From Felis catus (Eukaryota): DNA of 64,000 nt. The stretch is taken from contig NC_058368.1 in NCBI RefSeq assembly GCF_018350175.1, forward strand, positions 116,190,001-116,254,000. Direction: 5' to 3'. Made by a program: the position numbers and the translations under genes. Shown piece after piece: positions 25,131-37,659 of this stretch. Positions within the stretch are counted from its first letter, which is position 1; each line of letters opens with the position of its first letter. The notes beneath the pieces are model-generated. The model was not told the DNA's origin. It searched no databases and saw only the letters and a program-made list of their open reading frames with translations.

Positions 25131-27529
25131 CATGGTCCCTTGAGGAACCCAAGTCCATGTAAACATTCCTTGTTCTAGATGAGTAACTCACACACTGCTA
25201 GGTTCAATCTGTACTAATTAGAAATCACTGTGTATTTTTAAATCAAACTATTACTCCTAAAATGGAAGCAGTAGTATGTTAGTCTATTTTAAACATGATG
25301 TTTATTTTTGTCACTATTTGGTATTCTAAGTATTCTGGTAAATAATCACCTCTGATGTTTACCACTTTTAGTCTAGCCTCATCAAACCCCAAACATCTCC
25401 ACATATAATCATCAAGATTTGCTATATCTTTTTCCAAGATGTGATCTTTCATTTACTAAAAGGTTAAAATGTAACACTGGATGAAACAGAACCACTGGAC
25501 AGTACAAATTATTATCCAGTGAGCATTAAAGGACACAAACAGAAGACTCCTAGTACAAAAGCATAAAGTCACAGAAATATAAATATATTTTAGGACAAAT
25601 GCAAAAGACTCAGTCTAACACACACATACAGGATGCATACTGTGATCCAAATCTTTTTACCCTGAGCCAAACAATGTAAAAGGCTTGGTTTAGGGCAGCC
25701 ATGCTCTTATCTATTTAAAGATACATTTTTAATACTGGGATCCTGCTGCTGTGCAAATTTTGATAGGAGAACATTTCAAGTCCTCTTCAAAGCCAAGGGA
25801 ACAGTGTCTCCCAAGTAATCTGGTCCATTTCAAGGTAACTGACCTTCCTCAAAACAAGAGATGGTAAGTAGAGTTCTTGGCCAGGACAATAAGATAACAT
25901 TCCCTCAGACATGTCCATTCGAACTTGAATGCTAAAAATAAATTGAGCATACATTCTTCACAAAACCACAGGCACTAATGGTGCATGCAACACACTGCAA
26001 TCCTAATTATTCCTTCTGGGCAAAGGATATTTGCAGCCCCTATCAATTCCTGATATAAGGAGTAAAAAGGAATACTAACAAGTCATACCAAGTGTGTATT
26101 CACATACACGGACTGACTGCCTTTCAACTTCTAGGTCAATATTTTTTGTGAGCTCCTTTTGGATGTTTCATTAAGCAGATTATGTTCCTGGACATGAACA
26201 TTTCAGTCCCCTCTCAAACAGATTAGATAGCAAGTTGTTCCTAAATTTGCCACTATGAGATAAGGGCAGCTAAAATCAGAAAATTCTTGGTACAGCCTAA
26301 AAGTGATTGTTTTTCAGGGGCGCCTGGGTGGCTTAGTAGGTTAGGCATCCCACTCTTGACTGCGACTCAGGTCATGGTCTCAGTTGGTGAGATCAAGCCC
26401 CACGTCAGGCTCTGTGCTGGCAGTGTGGAGCCTGTGTGGAATTCTCTCTCTCCCTCTTTCTCTGTTCCTCTATCTCAAAATAAAGAAATACTTAAAAAAT
26501 AAGAACTGATTGTTTTTCATTTCAGAGAAACTCAGCTAGTCAGTTGCAGCAAACAATTCCCCAATGACAAAGTAACATAGTTCAAGGTTACTGCTACCTT
26601 TATTTTTATTTACATGGGAACAACAAGGTAATGGTACTTTTCACTCTTCCCTCAGTTTACTAAATCAATCCTTATCACCAATTAGAATACACTGTAGTAT
26701 CCTCTTGGGTTGCTGAGTAATTGCTACTTTCATGCAACAAAAGCAGGTTTTGTTTCATCCTTTGCCAGTTTAAAAAACACATGTGAAGCCTTTTGATGTC
26801 AGGAAATCCAAAAGCAAAGTGCTCCAAGTAACCAAATGAATCAATTCCATTTACATTTTTTAATCAAGTTCAAGCCTAAAATAAGTAACCCTACAAGGAC
26901 ACATTAAGTAAAAATTTTATTTTCGCATGTTTGTACATCCCAAGTAGAACAGACTTCTCCTGTTTTTACAATAAACTTCTAATTAGCACACGAATTTTCA
27001 AAACTAATTTCCTGTGTTTCAGTGAGACTGGATTCTGGAGGACATGGGAGGGGAAGAAGGGAAAGAATTATTAAAAGTACTCTTCTAAAGAAGAAACATG
27101 GCTATGTAATTCCTACGCAAATGTTTGTTAACTTGCCCTCGCATAAAAACAGTGATGTCATTCTACACAGCAGTACAGCAGAGTTATAATGAACACTAAG
27201 TTTTTAAATCACTGACAACTTAAGGAAATTAAGAATATTACTCAAAAATCTCCTCTCCCTAGAGTACCACATCTGTGAAAGAGGAGAATGTGCCCGTCTG
27301 AGGTTACATACACACTCAGCATCAACAAAGTGAAGTCATTTCTCCTTGCACAACAGGAAAAGTTGTTTTTGTTTTTTTTTTCCCCCTTACAGCTCTGAGC
27401 AATGAAAGCCAGGACTTTAAATGGCTCTGCATAAAAACACAAAAAGGGAGGGTCACAATCTATTAGTAAAAGCAGTTCAACATCAAGAACCCCTCTTCCT
27501 TTAAAATAAAATCTAAAAAATAACTTTTT

Positions 27530-27747
27530 TTTTTTTAATTTTTTTTCAACGTTTATTTATTTTTGGGACAGAGAGAGACAGCATGAACGGGGAAGGGGCA
27601 GAGAGAGAGGGAGACACAGAATCAGAAACAGGCTCCAGGCTCTGAGCCATCAGCCCAGAGCCCGACACGGGGCTCGAACTCACGGACTGCGAGATCGTGA
27701 CCTGGCTGAAGTTGGACGCTCAACTGACTGCGCCACCCAGGCACCCC
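27530..27747 (-). mobile_element. Young felid SINE with a 16-bp TSD
   Basis: TSD taaaaaataacttttt at 27514-27529 and 27748-27763. Confidence 0.92.
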
Positions 27748-30700
27748 TAAAAAATAACTTTTTAAAAATACCTTCTTACCTTTGAAAATTATTTTATCTT
27801 TGCTTCATTTTCTCTACTCTAAAATACAGATTACTACATTTAAAGAGAAGATATAAGGAGCTGATAAATTTCTATCTGCAGTGTGCTCTCACAGCAAAAA
27901 TAATGTGTACTTTTCTCCTATAGCAATCACTAAATAAAATATCCAAACCTGATTCCAGTAAGAACAATATAAACTATTTTTACTATAACATCAGCAATAT
28001 TTACTGCACCAAGTTTTGTGGTTTATTTCCTAATCTAGTAAAACTATTTCATCAGCTTTAAAATTACACCAAATTGACTAGAATACCAACTTTACAACTA
28101 TCTGAAATTGTAAAATGGTTGCAAAACTTCAGGCACCATGACTATGTCCCTTTCTATTAATATTTAACATAACTAAACAGAGAAACCAAATATTTCGGCT
28201 TGGCTTTACTAACTGTCATGATTCAAACTACAGGTCAACATCCAAACTAACAATTAAAATCACAAGAGAACTAACATAATAGTTTAAACAAAGGGCAGTT
28301 CAACCAAGCTACCGTGAAAAATTCAGATTTCTACATCCTAATTGCTTGAAAAGTTGCTCAACTGTTCAGATTTTGGCTACTGTTAATTTGTTCCCTATCA
28401 GGAATATATCTACTGTTTTTACTTTCTACCTGTGCCACATTTATCTTAGGTTTTACACTTCTGGATCTTTCAACCATTAGAGATCAACCATCAAATTACT
28501 TCAACAAGTAGAAATAGCAACACCGCTCCCAAACAGCAAATTCTGCATTGCTAGACACTTATCTAGTTGGTAGATTTATACCATTGTTCATTCTTAGTTC
28601 CTTAAATGTAAAAAATACCCGCAGAATGGTGGCATACCTCTAAATTGGTTTAAATATGGTACAAAGTTATTTTTAGTTAGGTTCAAGTTTTAAAAAGGCA
28701 CTAATCATTCTTCTCAGAGACTAATCTACTCAAGTTCCTCCCATATTAAAAAAAATTAAAGCTTAATTTGTCTCTCTTGGAAAAAAGAAGTGTATGTAAT
28801 GCTCAAGTAAAAGAACATTAGAATTACAGAATACTAAACCTGATATCAAATCAGGGTCAGGATCATACCTATTGTTAATAAAAATAAGTCTGACATTTAT
28901 TCTAATGATGGTCCTTTCAAACACTAGCAAGGCTAAATGTTCTCTATATGCACTTTCAAATGTAATTCTTATTTTTAAAAAATTCTCCTATCTTCTAGTG
29001 TGCAAAAAGGGAAGAAAACCCCCATAAATCCTTGTAAACTGGTTCTTATTCATTAAAAAAAAAAAGGATACCAGAAACATTCATGTATTATTTGAGAATT
29101 GTGTCTATTCCCTCCTTGCATGCTAGAAAGATGCAAAGACAAACACTTGCAATTATTCAGACAGATCATTCCACAGTTGTAACTTTCATCACAGTTCTCA
29201 AAGCAGTATGGTGAGGTCAGCTCACAAACAGCTTAAGTAGCAAAACTAGAAATTGGTGGTAGTAGTATCAGGCTACATAACAGCCTCTCCAAAGAATATG
29301 AAGTAAGAGAACTGAAATGTGCTGGCAACATGCCAAGAGACTGGACAGAATATAGCTTTGAGCAATGAATACGCAGAGTTTACAGTATATAGCAATTCAT
29401 CATCTCTTATCCTGTAGTTTGATTTTCCTTGTATAAAAACCAAAATAAGCCATATACAGGAGGTCATTTAACACTACCAAATTTCTCTACATATGTGTCT
29501 TAAAAGACATCTGGGCATGCAATGATTTGGTTAAACTAAAAACATACCCTATAAAGGAATATGTAACTTCCATCTTATATGGAGATGAAGAATATGAAAT
29601 ACATATTATTATATTGATATTATTCTACATAGAACAGCTTTTATTCTCTAAGGATTATACTGCCCTGGGCCTAATTCTAAATGCTTAGGTTTTTCTATAG
29701 TGCCAGTTCTAACTAATTATCTCTGCAACTGATTGGCTTTTAGAACTGGTTAACCTTCTCAGGAGATTTAATTAAGAATTTATCTTATCCAATCAAAGAA
29801 CATAATTTTGATAAGAAACAACTGCTTTGACCTAGTCAAAATGTTACTTTTACAATTTCACCTTTGTTGAATCATATTTTAAAACAGAATAAGAAAACCT
29901 AATTCTTAAGTCTTTGCCTTTCTAACTGTATTTTCTTTCTGAAGAAACAAAAGAAAATGTACCTATTTTAGGCAAAAGAATCATATTCAATTCAAATCAA
30001 GACACATTTTACACCTATTTTGTGCCAGACATTATGTTGAGAACAGAGGAAACAAAGATAAGATGTATACAATCTCAATGAGCTGACAATCAATCTAGTT
30101 GAGGCAAATGACCCACTTAGAAATCAATCATCTCTCTGTCTCTGTTATACTAGCTACAGGAACAAAGCTCTGGTATCACCCAGGAAAGTGTGAATAAGTC
30201 TGCCAGGGAGGACAGAAAAATCTTCAGAGAAGACAAGCTATGTCTTGAAGGATAAAAATTTCACAAGGGAAAGGGGATACTTCAAGCCAAAGAAAGAATG
30301 AACAAAATCAAGAAAGCACAAAAACATCTGACAGGGGCACCTGTGTGGCTCAGTCAGTTAAACGGCTGACTCAATTTCAGCTCAGGTCATGATCTCACAG
30401 TCCGTGAGTTCAAGCCCCACATTGGGCTCCATGCTGACAGCTGGGAGCCTGCTTGGGATTCTCTCTCCCTGCCCCTCCCCTGCTCAATAGCACATGAACC
30501 AGCTCTTCCTCTCTCTCAAAATAAATAAATATACTTAACAAACAAACAAACAAAAAAAACGGGTGACAAAGTCCGGTGACAAAAGTAGGGACAACGATTT
30601 CCGGTACATGTACTACTTATTCCTCTTCTATCGTCACCCGTGACAGACATACTAATCAATTAAAGCATGTTTAAAGCCCACATGAGACTCAAAGTCCTTT

Positions 30701-33004
30701 TCAACAGATCACCCAAAATCAACGGAAGGATGTTAAATCCATGAGATGAAATTTGCACTATACTGAGCCTGGGACTAGAAAGTGGTGGGACTTGAGGCTA
30801 CAGTGGTACATTAAGGACAGATTATAAATGAACATGAATGCTAGGCTAAGAAGTTTAGATTTCATCCTGTGGGCAACAGATCAAAGAATTTTATGAAAAA
30901 TATGGATGTGATCAATTCTGGCAGATGTAGGAAGAGTACATTTGAACACAAAGAATAAAGGCAGAGAGAACAGCTAAGAGGCTATTGCAATAATCCAGGT
31001 AAGATACAATGAAGCCCGAATGTCAGTGATGGCAAAAATCTACTGCAGGCTCTAAACAAAATGGAGTGTTTTGGATTCTATAATTCATGGTTTTAAACAA
31101 CAGTTTGAGAAAAATTAGTATTCTAATTGGAATTCCCAAATAATATTCAAAAAAGAAAAGACAAATTAAGGTAAAGACTGGAATTAAAGAAGTGAATCAC
31201 AATGATACTCAAGATTACTCAAGACTATAAATTCAGAAATAGTTATTTCAGGTTTAGCATCAAGGGGAACATCCTCATGACCAGACTAATACTCAGCAAG
31301 TCTTTTCTTCCTGAGGGCGCTAATACTCTAGCCAAACAACAAACTCTATTCACCTTACATGCCCCCACAATGCAGAGTCAAATTCGCACTCCCAGTGGGA
31401 TGCAGAAAGAACAAAAGTCAAATTGAAAACCAAAGCTTGAAACTATGTAGGAAGTTCCACTTTATCCAAACATTTACAACAATGTATTTATTTTACACAA
31501 AATAAATCTTATGGAAATACTACTACTATTCTACCATGAACTAAATCATATCCCAGCCTTTTAACTCTAGACTTCTTGGCGTGGAATACAATCTAGCTGT
31601 AGCACTTAGGGCAGTATGCAAAAAAAAGTAACAACCTAGCACTTTTGGAGAATGTTTTAATAAAGTATTCTGATTAAAACCAAAAATTTCATTATAGCCC
31701 AAAAGGCCAAAGACAATCAAAAGAGATTTTCTATTTTGGAAAAAGAGATTCTTTTACTGTTGCAAAGGCTAATGTACTGATGTGAAATCCAAGTGCAACG
31801 TGCTAACGTGCATGCTGGAAAAGCTACCATTACTGTTTAAGACCTAAGGATACTCATATTAAGAATAAAATTATCCTATAGTGAATGCCAACAATGCATC
31901 TGTACTATATAGATATATATTCAAGGGTTTTACTTTGTTACTGTCCCAATTCTTTTCTCTCCTAATAACAAACTGTCAAAGTGGGATTCTCCTCCTCTCA
32001 AAATAAGCTAAAATGAAAAATATGAACTACAGATATAAAATTTATGTGATATATTGTTTATTCTGAGAAAACAAATCACATGTTTATCATAATCCCTCTC
32101 TTTTCCATTAAGAAAAGGAGTAGCTAGTCATGAGCAGAGTCTACTTCTCATGATGTCATTCCAAAGCCATTACTAAATGTTACACATGTTATGCTTCCTT
32201 CAAATCAATCACCAAACAAGTCATCTTCAGACTGAGGTCAAATTCCATTCACTACAAGATCTCCAAACTTGAAGTAATGGTCCATTTACTAAGTAATATT
32301 CAAAGACCAAATTCCAGAAAAACCCTCCCCTTGTACCTCCCCCACTTAAAAAAAGTCTTCTCCTTTTAGCTCATTGTAATGGAATGTGACCTGTAGTTAA
32401 GGGCTTTTCCATTCCTTATTTACTGTTTAGAGAACATGAAGCTCATCTATTCTCTGTCATAAGAGTAATATATTTCTTAAAATAAAAAGAGTGAAGTATA
32501 GGTGGTCAATCATATAACAATTAGAACAAACAAAAAGTAAATTGGTTTACTTGATTTCTCATGCATGACAGAATGAGTGTATTTAAATGATAAATGGATC
32601 TATTTTTATCTTACAACACTGGTCCAACATCTTAAAGGACCTATGATTTGTATGACTCCTAATAAATCAGGTAAGGAAGGAGAAGTTAAAACTACACCTA
32701 CTTAAATAAATCTTCACACACAAAATTACTGTAAACTTTTCATGACAAATCATTTTCGTCATTGAACTTACACACTTAAATATCTACCTGATCACAGAGA
32801 GAAGAGGAAAATATCTAACAAATGTACTGCAAAGTCTAAAATTAAACACATCTATCTGGGGTTCAGTTAGCATTTTTAAAAAGTATGTATTTGACTAGGT
32901 GATCCTCAAGGTTTCCATGATACTTTAACCCAAGTTTTAAAATGAACAAATTCTAGACAAAAACTTCTCCCACAATAACCCCCTTCAGGATACATTTTAC
33001 TTAC

Positions 33005-33171
33005 ATTCTTCCTACACCTTCATACATGTTAGTCTCATCTATCAAAGTCATAATCTCTGTATCTGTAAGATGTGCATGCTTTTTCGTCCTGTTTAGCTGT
33101 TCAATCTGTATGTCTGCAAGCTTCACCTTCTGTTGAGTGTCAATAACTTTGGCTTGAAGCTCTGTGAAGGC
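33005..33171 (-). CDS. PFDN1: Prefoldin subunit 1, exon 2 (167 nt; AFTELQAKVIDTQQKVKLADIQIEQLNRTKKHAHLTDTEIMTLIDETNMYEGVGR, then AT of a split codon)
   Basis: tttttattag|GCC acceptor and GAAT|gtaagt donor; in frame with exon 1; translation matches PFDN1. I did not find exon 3 in the window, so intron 2 is probably longer than 33 kb. Confidence 0.97.
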
Positions 33172-35459
33172 CTAATAAAAAAAAAGTCCTTCATTTAGTG
33201 GGTGAAACATTTTACAGGAAACACTTGAGTCAAATCCAAATATATTAAAATAAGCTGCTAACCAGAAACAAAGTTGTGAAATTTACCAACACAAACATCA
33301 ATAAAACTCAATACAACTGTAAACAATCAAGCCACCATGCTAAATCATGAACTTACCCTGTCCTCAGAAAATGCAGTCTACATGAAGCAGAACAAATGCA
33401 CCTTAAATAACCATATGAAGAAGCAGGTATCCAAAGAGTAATAAAACAAGAAATGCAACAGAGGATGAAACACAGTGATTCAAAACAAAACTATAACGAT
33501 TCACTATATTTGTATTACACTGCTAGGTTTCAAAACACTTTCCCACATTTATTTGAAATACTAACATGGGAATATTAATATGAGAACATTGAGGAATATA
33601 GTAATATCTCATTTACTCCTCTCAATAATCCTATGATTTAGGAATGGGAGTTTTCATCATCACTCTTTACAGATTAAAGTAACCAACTTAGGGGCTCCTG
33701 AGTGGCTCAGTCTGTTAAGCATCCGACTTTGGCTCAGGTATGATCTCATGGTTCCTGAGTTCAAGCTCCACGTCAGGCTCTGTGCTGACAGTTCCAGGCC
33801 TGGAGCCTGCTTCAGATTCTGTGTCTCCCTCTCTCTCTGCCTCTCCCCTGCCTGCTGTCTTTCTATCTCTCAAAAATAAATAAACATTTAAAATACATTT
33901 TTTTTAAATAAAGTAACCAAATTAGTTGAAGAGATCTAAGTGGCTTGCACAGGGTTGAACAACTATTATGAGGAAAGGCAGGAACTTAACACTGAAACCC
34001 ATTTCTTCTGACCTTTAGTTCAGGAATGTTTCTATTTTACAGTAACATTCAGGATACAAATATTTTTAAAATAAAGATTAAAAAAATTAAAAAATTCAAG
34101 GCATTGGTAGAATTGCATCATAATCTTCATATGCACATACCAAGCCAAATTTGACCCTCGTATACACTTAAAGATAAACACAGTTCTTGGATACTCTTAT
34201 TTAAGGGCCTGGAATGACTTTCAGATGTTGTCAAATGTATGCCTTAATAATACCATTTGTGACTGCATTACAGGGCAAAGCCCTCTACTTAACTCTTTTC
34301 AGACTTTGTTCTCACCTATTAGTAAGGTTTCAAAAGATTGATTTGGGGAGAGAGGAGGTGCCTGAAATTTCCTATTAGTCTCCACTACCCCCCCCCCAAA
34401 AAGACCTTATAAAGATATTAGAAGATGAAACCTTTAAAGAACAAGTTTGTTTTTTACTTAAGCTAACTGGCTGTCAAAACTATGCAATTTAAGTCTCCAA
34501 TCATCTTCTTAGTTTGCATTCATTGTCCAGAGGTTTCTTAACAACAAATTCAAATGCTGGGAGTTAAGTCCACTCACAGCTATACTCTATTGTTAGCTCT
34601 TTCACTAAACCCTGACTTACATTAGAACTTTTAACAGAAAAAAAGATAAACTTTTAGAATGCTTTAATCATTCTTCAGATTAATTCTGTTTTGCATGTAA
34701 ACTTACAGGTGATCTGTACACATTGCTAAAGCAGCTGGTATACAGTTCAAGCTAAGATATTACAGCATTAGAGAACACCAGGTTAAGGACTAAATTTACA
34801 AGTTTCAAAAGAAAAAACACAAAAAGCAAGGTACATACACATAAATCCTCAGAGCAATAACAAACAACTTCATTTAATAGGAGCAACAAATATTTGAGCT
34901 ATCTTATTTCATATGCAAAGGTTCACCCAAACGAAGTGTTAAGACGTTAAATTTGCTCTTCTGAAGAACCTAAGCTAATAAACAAAAGGTGTGGAGTTAA
35001 GCAAAGAATAGTGGATTCTAGTCCCAACGTTGGACTACATCTTTTCTAGAATTCAGTTTCCTTTTATAGAAAAGTATAGGTTTAAAGTTGATGAAGTCCA
35101 GGATCCTTTCCCTGACAACCCTTAAGTGGCAAAAACGTTTTTGGGTAACAACACATTTATAAACAACTGTTTGAAGAGAGAAACCCAATTCCTTCCGATA
35201 CCGATTTTATTTGGAAAATTTTACGGGCTTGTTCTTGTTTCTTTTTTTTTTTTTTTTTTTTTTTTTTTGGCAGGTCCTTCAAGAAAGGGGGAAGGGGAGA
35301 TAGGGCTGGGAGTCAAAGCCCTGCTATGAGACTATCTAACTTTGAACTGTATGTACATACTGTGACCTTTCAAAGCATGAGATGGAGTAAGTGGCCTAAA
35401 AACACAGGATGGCCTTGGAGTTTTTCAAAGCAAATGAAGATTAAGAATTTACAGATGCC

Positions 35460-36040
35460 TCAGACCTGGCAAGCCGTCCGAAGGGGCTCCAACTTGAAAC
35501 GCTTACTTCAGGCCTTACTATGAAACTGAAGGCTCCACGCAACGAAACGGCCCTGGAGGTCAGAACGAGAAGACGGGCCAGCTATCGGCCCGCCACAGGA
35601 ATCAAACCAGCCCAACCGGCTCTTAGGCAGAAAGAGCTGGTCGCCCCCCACGCCATCCTAAGGAGACCCGGTCCCGCCTTAGGACTCTGGGAAATCACGC
35701 CCCAGTTCCCTGGGGCCTCTTTTCTTCCTCCGGACTCGAGTCTCACTCGATATTCTTGACCACAGTCCCCTTAGCTTCCAAAGAGAAGCCTCTGCCAGGT
35801 GAGGACCCTCTTTTACCTTCTTCAATTCCAGATCCACGGGAGCGGCCATCTTGGTTCAGTCGACGCGCCTGCGCAGTAGGAGAAAGCCGGAAGGCTAGTG
35901 GGGGAGGGGCGGGCCTTGGAGGTTTGACGGGCCCCTTTCCTTCTGCGCCTGCGCATGGGTCGGATTAGCCGAGCTTCAAGAACTATTACGATTCCCATTA
36001 CGTCCTCCTCACGTGACCTATCAGGCCTGGCGCGCAGATT
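35460..36040 (-). promoter_or_regulatory. PFDN1: PFDN1 CpG-rich, TATA-less housekeeping promoter
   Basis: Local CpG enrichment. NRF1 motifs GCGCCTGCGC(A) at 35865-35875 and 35944-35955, ETS CCGGAAG 35887-35893, GC box about 35901-35913, E-box TCACGTGAC 36009-36017, YY1-like AAGATGGC over the start codon. Confidence 0.85.
35817..35849 (-). CDS. PFDN1: Prefoldin subunit 1, coding part of exon 1 (MAAPVDLELKK)
   Basis: Minus strand reads aagATG GCC GCT CCC GTG GAT CTG GAA TTG AAG AAG|gtaaaa. Strong Kozak context, GT donor, matches the known PFDN1 N-terminus, lies in a CpG-rich region. Confidence 0.97.
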
Positions 36041-36279
36041 CTGAGGATGGTTTTAAGCACTTGAACAAATAGCTTACCTTGTGCTTGCTGAATAGAGTTG
36101 CATGCAGATTCTGCCAAAACCTTTTCAGGCAGTCATTCCTTCAGCTAATCCCTGTGGTGTCAGGGAAGTGGAAAAATCAGCGGGAGCTTCAGGCAGGATA
36201 GTGTGGAGGAGACCAGAGGTCTTCGTTGAAATGTTCTTCCAAAGAATTTATTTCTACTGAAATCCCCTGGAAGACTTTC

Positions 36280-36470
36280 TAGACACAGTAGTTCTCAAGA
36301 GTGGCCAAATGAATTTATTAAAAGAGTACAGATTCTCTGGTCCTCATCACAAGCTTAATTATTTGGAATCTTTGACACTGGGGCCAGGAACTTTGTGTTT
36401 TCGAAAACTCCCCTTATCACCTGTAAGTCACCCATCAAGTCACCTGCAGACCACATTTTGAGAATCTGCT
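36280..36470. mobile_element. MER5-like hAT DNA transposon remnant
   Basis: cagtagttctcaa ... ttgagaatctgct terminal inverted repeats with ggggccaggaact internal motif. Confidence 0.55.
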
Positions 36471-36989
36471 GTAAAAGCTTTGGCATTTGAACCAGAAGGA
36501 TGAATAGTAATTAGACTTTAGAAATGGATGAAATGGATGTTTTACCTGATGTGGAGAACAAGGGCAAGAGGAAATGTAGATAAATTTCCTTATAACCTGA
36601 AGTTCATTGACAAATACTTGAGACAGGCAGAGTATGACATTCCTCCAGGAACTCCCAACTGTCTTATTAATGTTTTGCTAGAGGGGAAAAACCCTTAGCT
36701 AAAAATAGTTAAAACCTTGTAAGTGTTCTTTAGCATATGCAAGTCCTTTTGGAAACTTCACCTTGTCTTTACCTCCCCCAACTCCCCAACTATGGTAAAA
36801 TCTTGGTTTGAGAAAATAATTTGTTCAGGAAACATTTTTATAATACAAAGCACCCATATATCAAAGCGAATTTTAAGAACCATTGGCTCAGTTGGGATCA
36901 TGTGTCATTCGGCATTACATACTGCTCTTATTGTAAGACATTGCTCGTTTATCAAGTTAAAATGTATTAGAAATGTTTGCTCATCTTGC

Positions 36990-37377
36990 GGAACACTGGC
37001 AGAACAAATTACTCACAATCCAAGGTTTTACTGTATATAATCACTCACCCCTGACAATCCCAGCGCAGCTCTTTCTGCCCACAGGTCTTGTCCCTGTGCG
37101 TTAATAAAAAGACCTTTTTGGGGCGCCTGGGTGGCGCAGTCGGTTAAGCGTCCGACTTCAGCCAGGTCACGATCTCGCGGTCCGTGAGTTCGAGCCCCGC
37201 GTCAGGCACTGGGCTGATGGCTCAGAGCCTGGAGCCTGTTTCTGATTCTGTGTCTCCCTCTCTCTCTGCCCCTCACCCGTTCATGCTCTGTCTCTCTCTG
37301 TCCCAAAAATAAATAAACGTTGAAAAAAAACATTTTAAAAAAAAGAACTTTTTGTATCAAAGACGTGTCAAGAATTC
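36990..37377 (+). mobile_element. Carnivore ERV LTR fragment (TATA-R-poly(A) region) interrupted by a SINE
   Basis: tgtatataa TATA about 37032, cagcgcagctctttctgcccac...aataaa (37103-37108), resuming gtatcaaagacgtgtcaagaattc after the SINE. Family recalled, not searched. Confidence 0.6.
37120..37339 (+). mobile_element. Young felid SINE inserted in the LTR
   Basis: Near-consensus body; TSD aaaaaga(c/a)cttttt. Confidence 0.92.
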
Positions 37378-37659
37378 GGGGCACCTGGCTGGCTCAGTTA
37401 AGTGTCTGACTTCGCCTCAGGTCATGATCTCACGGTTCTTAAGTTCAAGCCTCACTTCAGCCTCCCTGAAGAAACGTACTTTCTTACATTTATTTTTATT
37501 TATTTTGAGAGAGAGAGCACAAGCTGGAGAGAGGCAGAGACAGAGGGAAAGAGAGAATCCAAAGCAGGCTCTGGGCTGCCAGCCCAGAGCCCAATGCAGG
37601 GCTTGAACCCACAAACTGAGAGATCATGACCTGAGCCAAAACTAAAAGAAAAGAAAAAA

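Noticed and set aside
1..33000. PFDN1 exon 3 (FILQSKE...)
   Set aside because: Looked for by eye on the minus strand and not found; presumed to lie left of the window.
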